A program made the translations under genes and the position numbers. Positions 46,749-56,544 of a DNA stretch of 64,000 nt are shown piece after piece. A model generated the notes under the pieces. That model worked only from the letters and a program-made list of their open reading frames with translations, did not search any database and was not told the origin of the DNA. The stretch lies in contig JBDHJM010000020.1 in NCBI GenBank assembly GCA_039586895.1, positions 8,011 through 72,010 on the forward strand. The letters are read 5' to 3'. Every line of letters begins with the position of its first letter. Position 1 is the first letter of the stretch. Origin of the DNA: Gemmatimonadota bacterium (GTDB taxonomy: Bacteria; Gemmatimonadota; Gemmatimonadetes; Gemmatimonadales; GWC2-71-9).

Positions 46749-48366
46749 CGTAAACCTCCTCAAGGGCGTGTCGTATCTCGTAGAGCGTGCAGTATGTCCG
46801 CGCGCAGTCCATCATGGCGGGTATCACGTTCTCGTCCCGCGCCGCTGCATCGTGCAGCGCTGCCAGCGCGCGATCCGCGGCGTCCTGATCGCGGCCAGCC
46901 CGCAGTGATGCGAGGCGCTCACGCTGGGTGGCGGCCGGCCCCTCACTCACCTGCAGGATCTCCAGCTCATCCCCGTCGCTGTCGAGGAACTCGTTCACAC
47001 CGACGACGACCCGCCGGTGCTGCTCCACCTCGTGCTGGTAGCGCAGCGCGCTTCTGTGAATGCGCTGCTGGAACCACCCCTGCTCGATACCCTTGGGCAC
47101 GCCGCCGACGCGGCCGATTTCCTCGAACAGCGACTCCGCTTCGCTCTCCATGCGGTCGGTGAGCGATTCGACGTAATACGATCCCGCCAGCGGATCGGCC
47201 ACGTTGGCCACACCGGTTTCGTACGCCAGGATCTGCTGCGTGCGCAGCGCCAGCTTGACTGCGTCCTCGGTGGGCAGCGCCAGAGTCTCGTCCAGCGAGT
47301 TGGTGTGCAGCGACTGGGTGCCGCCCAGTGCCGCCGCCATGGCCTGGTAGGCCACACGCACCACGTTGTTCATCGGCTGCTGGGCCGTGAGCGACACCCC
47401 CGCAGTCTGGCAGTGGAAGCGCATCACCAGCGAGCGCGGATCCTTGGCTCCATAGCGGTCCCGCAGGTGGCGCGCCCAGATCCGCCGGGCCGCGCGCATC
47501 TTGGCGATCTCTTCGAAGAAGTCGTTGTGGACGTCCCAGAAGAACGAGAGGCGCGGGGCGAAGCGGTCGACATCGAGCCCGCGGCCCAGGCCGCGCTCGA
47601 CGTACTCGAATCCGTTGGCGAGCGTGAACGCGAGCTCCTGCGCTGCCGTGGCGCCGGCCTCGCGGATGTGGTAGCCGCTTATGGAAATCGTGTTCCACAG
47701 CGGCGTATGCTCGGAGGCCCACTCGAACATGTCCACGATGATCTTCACCGCGGGCTCCACGGGGTACACCCACGCGTGCTGCGCCATGTACTCCTTGAGG
47801 ATGTCGTTCTGGACGGTTCCCCGGAGCTTTGCGACGTCGGCACCCTGCCGCTCCGCCGCCGCCACGTAGAAGCAGAACAGCATCGCCGCCGGGCCGTTGA
47901 TGGTCATCGACGTCGATACCTGCTCCATGGGGATGCCTTTGAACAGCGTCTCCATGTCGGCCGGCGAGCTGATGGCGACGCCGCACTTGCCGACCTCGCC
48001 TTCCGCGCGCGGGTGATCGGAGTCGTACCCCATGAGCGTCGGGAAGTCGAACGCAACCGAGAGCCCCGTCTGCCCCCGCTCAAGCAGGAACTTGTAGCGC
48101 CGGTTGGTGTCCTCCGAGGTGCCGAAACCCGAGAACTGGCGCATCGTCCAAAGGCGCCCGCGGTACATGGTGGGGTGGATGCCGCGCGTGAAGGGATACT
48201 CGCCCGGGTATCCGAGCTGCTTGTCGTAGTCGAAGCCGGCCAGATCCCGCGGCGTGTAGAGCGGGTCCACCTCTGACGAGCTCTGCGAAACGAAGTCGAC
48301 CTCCCGCCGCTTCTCGGCTGCTTCGAAGCGCTTCCGCCACCCCTCGTAGGATCCGCTGTCCGTCAT
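46720..48366 (-). CDS. Methylmalonyl-CoA mutase large (catalytic, TIM-barrel) subunit
   Basis: Internal ATG at 48366 (ATGA overlap with the meaB stop). YPGEYPFTRGIHPTMYRGRLWTMRQFSGFG, GQTGLSVAFDFPTLMGYDSD, TINGPAAM, GTVQNDILKEYMAQ, ISISGYHIREAGA. Confidence 0.9.
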   Translation of the reverse strand: MTDSGSYEGWRKRFEAAEKRREVDFVSQSSSEVDPLYTPRDLAGFDYDKQLGYPGEYPFTRGIHPTMYRGRLWTMRQFSGFGTSEDTNRRYKFLLERGQTGLSVAFDFPTLMGYDSDHPRAEGEVGKCGVAISSPADMETLFKGIPMEQVSTSMTINGPAAMLFCFYVAAAERQGADVAKLRGTVQNDILKEYMAQHAWVYPVEPAVKIIVDMFEWASEHTPLWNTISISGYHIREAGATAAQELAFTLANGFEYVERGLGRGLDVDRFAPRLSFFWDVHNDFFEEIAKMRAARRIWARHLRDRYGAKDPRSLVMRFHCQTAGVSLTAQQPMNNVVRVAYQAMAAALGGTQSLHTNSLDETLALPTEDAVKLALRTQQILAYETGVANVADPLAGSYYVESLTDRMESEAESLFEEIGRVGGVPKGIEQGWFQQRIHRSALRYQHEVEQHRRVVVGVNEFLDSDGDELEILQVSEGPAATQRERLASLRAGRDQDAADRALAALHDAAARDENVIPAMMDCARTYCTLYEIRHALEEVYGAYREPIFF

Positions 48367-49391
48367 CTCTCTGGTGCCTCCTGCAGATCGGCCACAATGT
48401 CGTGCGCCAGCTTGTAGGGACTCATGCGCCCCTGCATCACGTCCTCCAGCTTGGCCTCGAGCAGTGCCTCGCCGTCGCGCTCGCGCCACACGAGCTGGCT
48501 CAGGGCGCGGTCCACCACTTCCCTCGTGTGCCGTGCCAGCCTTTCCCGTCGCAACAGCTGGAGCAGCCCGCTTTGTTCCAGATGTGCGTAATGAGCGTCC
48601 AACACGTCGATGAGCTGCTCTACTCCCTCTCCCTTGGCCGCGGAGGTGGTGAGCACGGGCGGCGCCCACTGTTCGGGGCCGGGTTCAGCCTCGTGCTTCT
48701 GTTGCTGCGCGGCATGGTGCGGTGTCACGTGCCGAAACGCGTTGCCCCTGCGGAAGCCGAGCATGATGTCGACTTCCTGCACCAGCCGGTCGGCGCCCGA
48801 CCGGTCCGCCTTGTTCACGACGTAGAGATCAGCGATCTCCATGACGCCGGCCTTGAGCACCTGCACCCCGTCGCCGGACTCGGGAACCAGCACCAGCGCG
48901 GTGGTGTCCGCGCTGCCCGCGATGGCGAGCTCCGACTGGCCCACGCCGACCGTCTCGATGATGATGCGGCCGAAGCCGAACGCGTCCAGCACGTCGCACA
49001 CTTCGCGCGTGGTGGTAGCCAATCCGCCGGGCGCACCGCGGGACGCCATCGACCGGATGTAAACGCCCGGATCCAGCGTGTGCGTGTCCATCCGAATCCG
49101 GTCTCCCAGGAGCGCGCCTCCGGTGAACGGGCTCGTGGGGTCCACGGCCACCACGGCGACCGTGACGTCGCGCTCGCGGTACGTCTGCACCAGCCGTTCG
49201 ATCAGGGTCGACTTCCCGGCGCCCGGAGGGCCGGTGATGCCGATGCGTTGGGCGCGCCCCACCAGAGGATGGAGCGCCGAGAGAATCTCCTCGTAGCCGT
49301 CCCGCCCGTTCTCCACCAGCGAGATGGCCCGGGCCAACGCGGGGATGCGACGTTCTCTGATGTCCGCTACGAGGCCTTCGGTTGCCATCAC
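48363..49391 (-). CDS. meaB: Methylmalonyl-CoA mutase-associated GTPase MeaB/ArgK
   Basis: ALARAISLVEN, GITGPPGAGKSTLIE (P-loop), AVDPTSPFTGGALLGDRIRM, IETVGVGQSE, VNKADR. Confidence 0.9.
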   Translation of the reverse strand: MMATEGLVADIRERRIPALARAISLVENGRDGYEEILSALHPLVGRAQRIGITGPPGAGKSTLIERLVQTYRERDVTVAVVAVDPTSPFTGGALLGDRIRMDTHTLDPGVYIRSMASRGAPGGLATTTREVCDVLDAFGFGRIIIETVGVGQSELAIAGSADTTALVLVPESGDGVQVLKAGVMEIADLYVVNKADRSGADRLVQEVDIMLGFRRGNAFRHVTPHHAAQQQKHEAEPGPEQWAPPVLTTSAAKGEGVEQLIDVLDAHYAHLEQSGLLQLLRRERLARHTREVVDRALSQLVWRERDGEALLEAKLEDVMQGRMSPYKLAHDIVADLQEAPER

Positions 49392-49431
49392 TGGTAACTT
49401 CGCGCTCGCCAGCCGCGCGCCGCAAGCCGCA

Positions 49432-50778
49432 TCAGGAGGCCGGAAGCAGCACGGCCGCCGCGAGACCCAGCAGCAGCAGGAAGCCGGCTATGTCGGTGAC
49501 CGCCGTGACGAAGCCCGAGCTCGCGACGGCCGGGTCGACTCCTATGCGCTGCAGCAGCAGGGGCACGGCCGCGCCCACAGTGGCCGCCACGATGAGGCTG
49601 CCCCACATGGCCGCCGTCACGACAGCACCCATTGCCCAGGGCCGTCCCGTTGCAACCGTCACCAGGCCCACCACGACTCCGATGGCCAGTCCGTTGATGG
49701 CGCCGACCAGCATCTCCTTGCCCACAAGGGCGACACCCGCCCGCGTCGGAATCATGCCGAGCGCGATGCGCCGCACGGTAACTGCAAGGGCCTGCGTCCC
49801 GGCGCTCCCTCCCAGACCCGCCACGATCGGCATGACCGCCGCGAGCGCCACGATCTGCGCGATCGTGTCCTCAAACGCCAGCACCACGGCGCCGGCGAGA
49901 AAGGCCGTGAGCAGGTTCAGGTAGAGCCACGGCAGGCGGCTGCGCACGGCCTGCTGCCAGGTGCCGGCGAGCTGCTCGTCCGCTGCGGCGCCTGCGAACC
50001 TCAGCAGGTCCTCGGTTTGCTCCGCCTCGACCACGTCGATGACGTCGTCGAACGTGACCCGTCCCAGCAGCTTGTTCTCGCGGCTCACTACCGGCACCAC
50101 GGGCACGTTGTAGCGGCTCATCAGCCGCGCTACCTCTTCCTGGTCCATCTCGGGAGTCGCGGTCACGGGCGGCGGCTCCATGATGTCGCGCACCGCTGTC
50201 TCGGGACGCGCTACGACCATGCGCTGCAGCGGGAGGATGCCCACCAGGCGGTTGCCGTCGTCCACGCAGTGGATCTGGTAGAACTCCTCGATTTCCTCGG
50301 CCTGGCGCCGCACCTGCTGAATGGCCTCCGCTGCCGTGGCGTCCTGCTGCACCGCCACGAGCTGCGCGGTCATCCTGCCGCCGGCCGTCTCCTCGTCGTA
50401 GACCAGCAGCCGCTCGATGTCCGCCCGGTCGGCGACGTGGGCCAGGATCCGGGCGGCCGTTTCGGGCGGCAAGTCGGCTATTAGGTCTACGGCGTCATCG
50501 TCCTCCAGCTCCTCCACGATGTCCGCAGCCTCCTCTGGCTGCAGCGCCGCCAGCACCTCTTCCGGATGCTCCTCCTCCTCCATCTCCGCCAGCGCCTCGG
50601 ACACCATCTCCGGCGGCAGCGTCTGCACCAGCCGGAGCCGGACGTCTTCGTCGAGCGCAGCCAGGACATCGGAAAGGTCCGCCGGCTGCATGTCGCGCGC
50701 ACGTGACAGGAACCGGCCCGCGTCGCCCTTCTCCGCCAGGGCGATCAGTTCCTCGTTTACGCGATCCTGCTCGATCAT
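49432..50778 (-). CDS. mgtE: Magnesium transporter MgtE
   Basis: Acidic N-domain (DLSDVLAALDED...), a CBS pair (VDDGNRLVGILPLQRMV; VVSRENKLLGRVTFDDVIDVV), and a TM domain with RLPWLYLNLLTAFLAG and GFVTAVTDIAGF. Confidence 0.9.
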   Translation of the reverse strand: MIEQDRVNEELIALAEKGDAGRFLSRARDMQPADLSDVLAALDEDVRLRLVQTLPPEMVSEALAEMEEEEHPEEVLAALQPEEAADIVEELEDDDAVDLIADLPPETAARILAHVADRADIERLLVYDEETAGGRMTAQLVAVQQDATAAEAIQQVRRQAEEIEEFYQIHCVDDGNRLVGILPLQRMVVARPETAVRDIMEPPPVTATPEMDQEEVARLMSRYNVPVVPVVSRENKLLGRVTFDDVIDVVEAEQTEDLLRFAGAAADEQLAGTWQQAVRSRLPWLYLNLLTAFLAGAVVLAFEDTIAQIVALAAVMPIVAGLGGSAGTQALAVTVRRIALGMIPTRAGVALVGKEMLVGAINGLAIGVVVGLVTVATGRPWAMGAVVTAAMWGSLIVAATVGAAVPLLLQRIGVDPAVASSGFVTAVTDIAGFLLLLGLAAAVLLPAS

Positions 50779-51503
50779 CCCTGTGAGTCCCTGAGCAGTG
50801 AGTCGAGATCGAGTCCGCGCCGCCGGAAGGTCGGGACGTCACCATCCGGTGTCACGGCGCCGGCCGAGATGATCAGCTTGATCGCCTCGTCGATCGTGAT
50901 GGGCACCTCCTTGGCTCTGGAGCGCGGCACCACGAGCATCATGCCGGACGTGGGGTTCGGCGTGGTGGGAACGAACACGTTCACGCACGACTGGCCCACC
51001 AGCTCCGCCATCACCGGTGAATCCTCGTTTGTCACAAAGGCGAGCGCCCAGGACTCATCGGTCGGGTAAGGGATGAGCACCACGCGCCTGAAGAACGAGC
51101 GCTGCTCACCGACCACCGTCTGCACGATCTGGCTCATGGCCGTGTATATCCGGCCCGTGAGCGGGAAACGCGCCAGGGCTTCGTTCCACCAGTGTAGCAG
51201 CTGCCGCCCCGCGGCGAGGTGCACCGCCCAACCCACCAGGAGCACGGCCAGCAGCAGGAGCACGAAACCCAGCCCGGGAATGCGGAACCCGATGGCCGCC
51301 TGCAGCGGGTCCCCCAGGATGCTGTCGATGGTGCGGAACATCCACGCCAGGACCACGACCGTGACGCCTACGGGGGCGAGGATCACCAGACCGGTGAGGA
51401 AGTACCGGCGCAGACGGCGCGCCCGCTTCTTCACTTCCGGCGGCTGCAGGTTGGGGAACTCCCCCGTCAGGTACTCCTTGAGTCGATCGCCCGCCTGCGT
51501 CAT
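50775..51503 (-). CDS. DUF502 membrane protein
   Basis: FLTGLVILAPVGVTVVVLAWMF...IPGLGFVLLLL...LPLTGRIY......VVLIPYP......AFVT...VFVPTTPNPTSG matches DUF502 by eye. Confidence 0.8.
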   Translation of the reverse strand: MTQAGDRLKEYLTGEFPNLQPPEVKKRARRLRRYFLTGLVILAPVGVTVVVLAWMFRTIDSILGDPLQAAIGFRIPGLGFVLLLLAVLLVGWAVHLAAGRQLLHWWNEALARFPLTGRIYTAMSQIVQTVVGEQRSFFRRVVLIPYPTDESWALAFVTNEDSPVMAELVGQSCVNVFVPTTPNPTSGMMLVVPRSRAKEVPITIDEAIKLIISAGAVTPDGDVPTFRRRGLDLDSLLRDSQG

Positions 51504-52705
51504 TCTGTCTCACTCCGATCTTGTCGCTCCAACGATATACTCCTGACGGGACCGCGCCGCACCAGTACCCGCTCGAGCCGCACCGGGGTCGCGGCCAGAA
51601 TGTCGAACTCCAGCCCGCCCAGCAGGTAGCGCTCCCCGGTCTGGGGAATGCGTCCTGCCGCACGGGCCAGCAGTCCGCCTATGGTCTCGGCCTCCTCGGG
51701 GAGCGAGACCTGGAACCGCGCCGCGATCTCCTCCGTCTCGGTGGCGCCCGTGGCTTCGACTACTTCGGTGCCGAGGCCGTCACCGTACGTGCGCGAATCG
51801 TACTCCTCGAAGATCTCCCCCACCAGTTCCTCGAGCAGGTCTTCGAAGGTGACGATGCCCGCCGTCCCGCCGTACTCGTCGAGCACGACCGCAAACTGCC
51901 GGCGCTCGCGCTGCATCTCGAACAGCAGGTCGGCGCTCGGCTTCGACCCCGGCGCCGTGGTGACGGGCCGCAGAGGCAGCTCCGACGCCGGGGTCACCTT
52001 GAGCAGATCGAACGCGTAGATCATCCCGAGGATGTTGTCCAGCGACTCGTGGTATATGGGAATCCGCGAGTAGCCGGACTCGGCAAATACCTGGCCCACC
52101 TGCTCCAGCGTGGCTCCCTCGCGCACGGCGACGATCTCGGTACGCGGGGTCATCACCTCGCGAATCGGACGCTCGGAGAACGAGAGGACGCCGGAGAGCG
52201 CGGGCAGCTCGTCCCGGTCGACCTTCTCCTCGAGCTCGTCGCCCCTCAGACGTGCATCGAGTGCCGCACGCGCGCGCGGCTCGAGCGACCGCGGGAAGAA
52301 CGGCGCGAACACCACTGCCAGGCGCCGCAACCACGGAACCGCCCGCCGCACTACCGCGCGGCACCAGCGCCGTCCCAGTGCCCGCGGCACGGCGTAGCCC
52401 AGGGTCAGGATCGCGGGCACCGCGATGAGCGCCACCGCGCCCACCAGCAGCAGCGGTGGCAGGCCTGCCACCAGCTGCGCCAGGCCGATCCCGCACAAGA
52501 TGACACCGCCGGTTGCGACCCCGTGCGCGGCCCTGAGCACGCGCCCCGGCGCCTCCAGCAAAGTCGCAGCCGCACCGGCACCGGGCATTCCCTCGGCGGC
52601 CCATCGGTACAGCTCCACGCGGCGCACCGCCGCCGCGCTCACGCCGGCCAGTACTCCGGCGCCGGCGATCACGGCCCCCGAGGCAAGCAGCACCCAGCCG
52701 GTCAT
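51500..52705 (-). CDS. CNNM/CorC/TlyC-family protein (DUF21 TM domain + CBS pair + CorC_HlyC)
   Basis: REVMTPRTEIVAV, SGYSRIPIY.ESLDNILGMIY..DLL, AVVLDEYGGTAGIVTFEDLLEELVGEI. Confidence 0.85.
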   Translation of the reverse strand: MTGWVLLASGAVIAGAGVLAGVSAAAVRRVELYRWAAEGMPGAGAAATLLEAPGRVLRAAHGVATGGVILCGIGLAQLVAGLPPLLLVGAVALIAVPAILTLGYAVPRALGRRWCRAVVRRAVPWLRRLAVVFAPFFPRSLEPRARAALDARLRGDELEEKVDRDELPALSGVLSFSERPIREVMTPRTEIVAVREGATLEQVGQVFAESGYSRIPIYHESLDNILGMIYAFDLLKVTPASELPLRPVTTAPGSKPSADLLFEMQRERRQFAVVLDEYGGTAGIVTFEDLLEELVGEIFEEYDSRTYGDGLGTEVVEATGATETEEIAARFQVSLPEEAETIGGLLARAAGRIPQTGERYLLGGLEFDILAATPVRLERVLVRRGPVRSISLERQDRSETE

Positions 52706-53910
52706 GCACTCCCTCCTGCCGGTGGGGCGGTCGCGTCTTCCGAGCCGCGCCGCTCGAAGTACACCCGGCGGATGCGGCGCCGCACCACCTGCTCGACCAC
52801 GACACGGAACTCCCCGATTCGCAGCTCCTCACCAGGGCGCGGCACGCGGCCCAGTTCCGAGTAGACCAGACCGCCCACAGTGGCGACGTCCTCGTGCTCG
52901 ATCGGGCTGCGCAGCGCCTCGGACAGCGTGTCGAGCGTGACGGTGCCGTCCACCCAGAACCGGTCGTCCCCTTCGGTGATCACCGGTGGCGCCTCGTCCT
53001 CGTCGTACTCTCCGTGGATCTCGCCCACCACCTCTTCGAGCACGTCCTCCAGCGTGAGCAGGCCCGAGGTGCCGCCGAACTCGTCGACCACGATGGCGAT
53101 GTGCGTGGGCCCGCGCTGGAAGTCGCGCAGCTGCGCGCTCAAGGACTTCGATTCGGGCACGAACGACGCCGGCCGCACCAGGTCCTGCCAGCGCGGGGGC
53201 CGGGGCGCGATCCCCGCCACGGCGGGGGTCAGGTCCTTGGCGTAGAGCACTCCGACGATGCTGTCGAGATCATCTTCGTAGACCGGCAGCCGCGCGTGCT
53301 CGCTGCGCCGCAGCAGGTCCACCATCTCGCTCCACTCGGCGTCGCCCGCCACGGCCACGATATCGAGGCGCGGCGTCATCACCTCCTCCACGTCCGTGTC
53401 TTCCAACGACACGACCCCGGCAAGCACGTCGCGCTGGTCCTCTCCCATCCCCGGCTCGCCGCGGCTCCGCGCCGGGAAGATCACCTGGAGACCGCGCTCC
53501 AGTGTCGCCACCAGTCCGAGCAGCGGCCGAAACGGCACCAGGCTGCGCCCGGCCAGCGGGGCCGCGGCCGCGGCCAGCCGCGGCACGAGCACGCCTGCGC
53601 CGCGCGGCAGCGCGTCCGCGAGCACGTACAGGAGCGCGCCCGTTACCCCCACCATCGCAGCTGCACCGAGGGGAGGACGCTCCCACCACGAGACGGCCAG
53701 CGCAGCCGACACGGCGGCCACCACGAGCAGTGCCAGCCGGCCGACCTCGATGGCCCGGAACAGGGGCACTGCCTGGCCCGCTCCCGTGGGGGGCTCGCCC
53801 AGTGCGCGGGCCAGTGAGGGCGTCTCCTCGGCGAGGACCAGGAGTCCCGCCCAGAGCGCCGCACCGAGGGCGACGGCCATGGCCGCGTACGGGGCCGAGG
53901 TCTCGATCAT
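52702..53910 (-). CDS. CNNM/CorC/TlyC-family protein (second paralog)
   Basis: Internal ATG at 53910 (ATGA overlap with the ybeY stop). VEEVMTPRLDIVAV, HARLPVYEDDLDSIVGVLYAKDL, AIVVDEFGGTSGLLTLEDVLEEVVGEI. Confidence 0.85.
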   Translation of the reverse strand: MIETSAPYAAMAVALGAALWAGLLVLAEETPSLARALGEPPTGAGQAVPLFRAIEVGRLALLVVAAVSAALAVSWWERPPLGAAAMVGVTGALLYVLADALPRGAGVLVPRLAAAAAPLAGRSLVPFRPLLGLVATLERGLQVIFPARSRGEPGMGEDQRDVLAGVVSLEDTDVEEVMTPRLDIVAVAGDAEWSEMVDLLRRSEHARLPVYEDDLDSIVGVLYAKDLTPAVAGIAPRPPRWQDLVRPASFVPESKSLSAQLRDFQRGPTHIAIVVDEFGGTSGLLTLEDVLEEVVGEIHGEYDEDEAPPVITEGDDRFWVDGTVTLDTLSEALRSPIEHEDVATVGGLVYSELGRVPRPGEELRIGEFRVVVEQVVRRRIRRVYFERRGSEDATAPPAGGSA

Positions 53911-54329
53911 CTCTTCCCTCCGGCCGCGAGCCGCCGCACGTAACGCTCCTGCACACGCCACATGCGCGAACCGGTACGGCCGCGTCCCGCTGGATGATCG
54001 TGCCCCAGTACGTGCAGCAAGCCGTGAATCACCAGCCGCATCAGCTCCTCTCGCTCCCCAATTCCGGCCTCCCGTGCCGAGCGCCGCGCAACGCTGGGAC
54101 ACACGTAAACATCTCCCGCGGTGCGGCCCACGTGATCCAGAGGAAAGGCGATTACATCGGTGGCCCGGTCCCGGCCGAGCGTCCGCCGGTTGAGCCCCCT
54201 CATCTGTGGGCCGGTGAGGAAAGTGACGCTTATGGTGGCGGCACCGACCCCCTCTCCGTCCAGCACGGCCTCGGTCCAGCGACGGACCGCCGCCGCTGCG
54301 GGACCGCCGGCGTCGCCGGCGTCCGTCAC
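53907..54329 (-). CDS. ybeY: rRNA maturation endoribonuclease YbeY
   Basis: TDVIAFPL and the Zn motif HGLLHVLGHDH. GTG 54329 lies 8 nt after the preceding stop and gives about 140 aa; the ORF extends to 54446. Confidence 0.85.
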   Translation of the reverse strand: MTDAGDAGGPAAAAVRRWTEAVLDGEGVGAATISVTFLTGPQMRGLNRRTLGRDRATDVIAFPLDHVGRTAGDVYVCPSVARRSAREAGIGEREELMRLVIHGLLHVLGHDHPAGRGRTGSRMWRVQERYVRRLAAGGKR

Positions 54330-54336
54330 CCGGAGA

Positions 54337-56544
54337 TCACGCCTGGGAGGGCGCTGCTTCAAAGTCCGACTGGATGCCGCCACCGGCCGCGGGGTAGTCG
54401 ATGCGGTTGTGGTGAGCGCCGCCCAGAACGCGGAGGAACTCCTCACGCAGCTGGCTCAGCTGCACCAGCGTGAGAGGGGCTTCGTCGAGCTGCCCCGCTT
54501 CGATGCGGTGTCGGATGATGTGGTCGATGGCAGCGCTGAGGCGCTCCGGAGTCGGGTCCTCCAGCACCCGCACCGCCGCCTCCACTCCGTCGGCCAGCAT
54601 GGCGGTTGCGGTCTCGACCGAGCGCGGCCGCGGCCCCGGATACCGGTAGTCGTTGGGATCGATCTCGGCCTCCGGCTCCCTCTCCCGCGCGCGCTCCAGG
54701 AAGTAAGTGATTTCCATGTCGCCGTGGTGCTGTGGCACGAAGTCCTTAACCACGGTGGGGAGCTTCGCCTCCTCGGCCAGCGCTATGCCGTCGCGCACGT
54801 GGTTCCGGATGATGCCGGCCGAGACCTCCGGCTTGAGCTTGTCGTGCGGGTTGGCCCCGGGCGTCTGGTTCTCCACGAAGTACTGCGGCTTCTTCAGCTT
54901 CCCGACGTCGTGGTAGTAGCACCCCACCCGCGCCAGAAGTCCGTTGGCACCGATCGCATTGCACGCGGCCTCGCACAGGTTCGCCATCGCGATGCTGTGG
55001 GCGTATGTGCCGGGTGCCTCGGTGGCGAGTCGGCGCAGCAGCGGCCGGCCGGGGTCGGACAGCTCCAGCAGCGTGAGATTGGTCGTCATCCCGGTGATCG
55101 ACTCGATCACGGGCAGCAGCGTGGAGGCGAGCGCTGCCGATGCGAGCGCGTTCAGGCCGCCCCGCAGGCCGGTCAATCCGACCTCGGCCCACGACCACTC
55201 CGCCTTCAGCCCGACAGCGATCCCGCCCAGCAGGTATGCCGCCGCCACCGCGGCCGTCGCCGCCAGGAACTGGTTGCGGCGCCGGATCGACCGCACGCTC
55301 ACGGCAGCAGTGACCCCCCCCACGAGCGCAATGAGCAGCGCGTCGACGTCGTGGTACACCGTCTGCGAAGCGATCAGGAGGGCGAGCACGATCGCCGCCA
55401 CCATCGCCACCCGCCCCCGGAACAGCACTGTGACCAGCATCGCCGCAAAGGGGATGGGTATCAGCTCGGGCGCGTCGGAAATGAAGCGAATGTTCACGGC
55501 CGAACCCACGATCACTACCGCGAACAGCAGAGTCAGTATCAGCATGTGCCGGAACTCTGCATACGTGTGTGGCCGGTACAGCATGAGCAGCAGCCAGAAC
55601 ACGCCGAGGAGCAGCACGTTGGTCAGCACCTGCCCGGCGCTGGCCGACGGCGTGCCACCTCCCCTGCCCAGCGCGAGCTGCTCGCTGCGCAGCGCCCGCA
55701 GCCGCTGGTGCACCTGGTCGGTGACCACCTCGTTCGCGTGCACGATGCGCTCGTTGGCCCGAACGCTATCCTTCACATCCCGCACGCTCTCGCGCCGCTC
55801 ACGCCGGCGCTGTTCGAACTCGGCCGTGTTGGGGATCAGCGTGGGGCGCCACAGCGCGTTGATCAGCTTCACGTATATGCCGTCGGCCACCGCCGAGTTG
55901 CGGTCCGGATGATACGCGTCGCGCTGATCCATGAAGCGCTCGGACGTCAGCAGAGTGTCCCGCCGCCCGATGGTCTCGGCCGCGCCGCGCCGCACCAGCA
56001 CCTCCGCCGCCGATTCGGTCTCGAGCGTGCCGATGCCGGCCACTCCGAGTGGGAGCCTGCGGCGGAACAGGGTCTTCAGCTGTCTGCGGAACTCGCTCAG
56101 GCGGCCCGGCTCCATCAGGTAGGCCACTTCTTCCGGGGTGAGGGAGACACCCACCGCCTGCGCCGCGGCCGCGAAGCTGTCTGCCTCCGTCGCGGCGCCG
56201 AGCCGTGCCACCAGCGAGTCGGTCTCGGTCAGGACCGTATCGATGACCTCTCCGTAGAACTCGTAGATCGGCAGGACCGTCGCGTCGAGCATCATCTGCT
56301 CGGCCTCTACCTCCGCCGACGACTTGCGCACGTAGAATGCGAACGGGGCGATCACCTCCTGCGGCGCCACGTCTCCCACGTCCGGCACCTGACCTTCAAA
56401 GCCGGCACCCACGGGGAACAGCAGGAAGGTCAGGAGCGCCAGCGCCAGCAGCAGTCCCCACCGCGCCGCGTGGAACGCGGCGGCCAGCGGGATCTCGCTG
56501 GGACGCAGCTCCAGGTCGAGCACTGACCGCGGCCGCCGGCTCAT
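54337..56544 (-). CDS. 7TM-receptor HD/HDIG phosphohydrolase (PgpH/YqfF-like)
   Basis: Extracellular N-domain, seven hydrophobic helices, and a C-terminal HD domain: YAHSIAMANL...YYHDVGKLKKPQYFVENQ...NPHD...II..HV..G...A......F..QHHG. Confidence 0.85.
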   Translation of the reverse strand: MSRRPRSVLDLELRPSEIPLAAAFHAARWGLLLALALLTFLLFPVGAGFEGQVPDVGDVAPQEVIAPFAFYVRKSSAEVEAEQMMLDATVLPIYEFYGEVIDTVLTETDSLVARLGAATEADSFAAAAQAVGVSLTPEEVAYLMEPGRLSEFRRQLKTLFRRRLPLGVAGIGTLETESAAEVLVRRGAAETIGRRDTLLTSERFMDQRDAYHPDRNSAVADGIYVKLINALWRPTLIPNTAEFEQRRRERRESVRDVKDSVRANERIVHANEVVTDQVHQRLRALRSEQLALGRGGGTPSASAGQVLTNVLLLGVFWLLLMLYRPHTYAEFRHMLILTLLFAVVIVGSAVNIRFISDAPELIPIPFAAMLVTVLFRGRVAMVAAIVLALLIASQTVYHDVDALLIALVGGVTAAVSVRSIRRRNQFLAATAAVAAAYLLGGIAVGLKAEWSWAEVGLTGLRGGLNALASAALASTLLPVIESITGMTTNLTLLELSDPGRPLLRRLATEAPGTYAHSIAMANLCEAACNAIGANGLLARVGCYYHDVGKLKKPQYFVENQTPGANPHDKLKPEVSAGIIRNHVRDGIALAEEAKLPTVVKDFVPQHHGDMEITYFLERAREREPEAEIDPNDYRYPGPRPRSVETATAMLADGVEAAVRVLEDPTPERLSAAIDHIIRHRIEAGQLDEAPLTLVQLSQLREEFLRVLGGAHHNRIDYPAAGGGIQSDFEAAPSQA

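Noticed and set aside
49392-49431. Cobalamin riboswitch ahead of the meaB/mutase genes, M-box ahead of mgtE (50779 upward), and T-box ahead of aspS.
   Set aside because: The upstream spacers are 40 nt, an overlapping ATGA junction and about 110 nt respectively. Riboswitch and T-box aptamers need more room than the first two allow. I saw no conserved core motifs of these elements in the aspS spacer.
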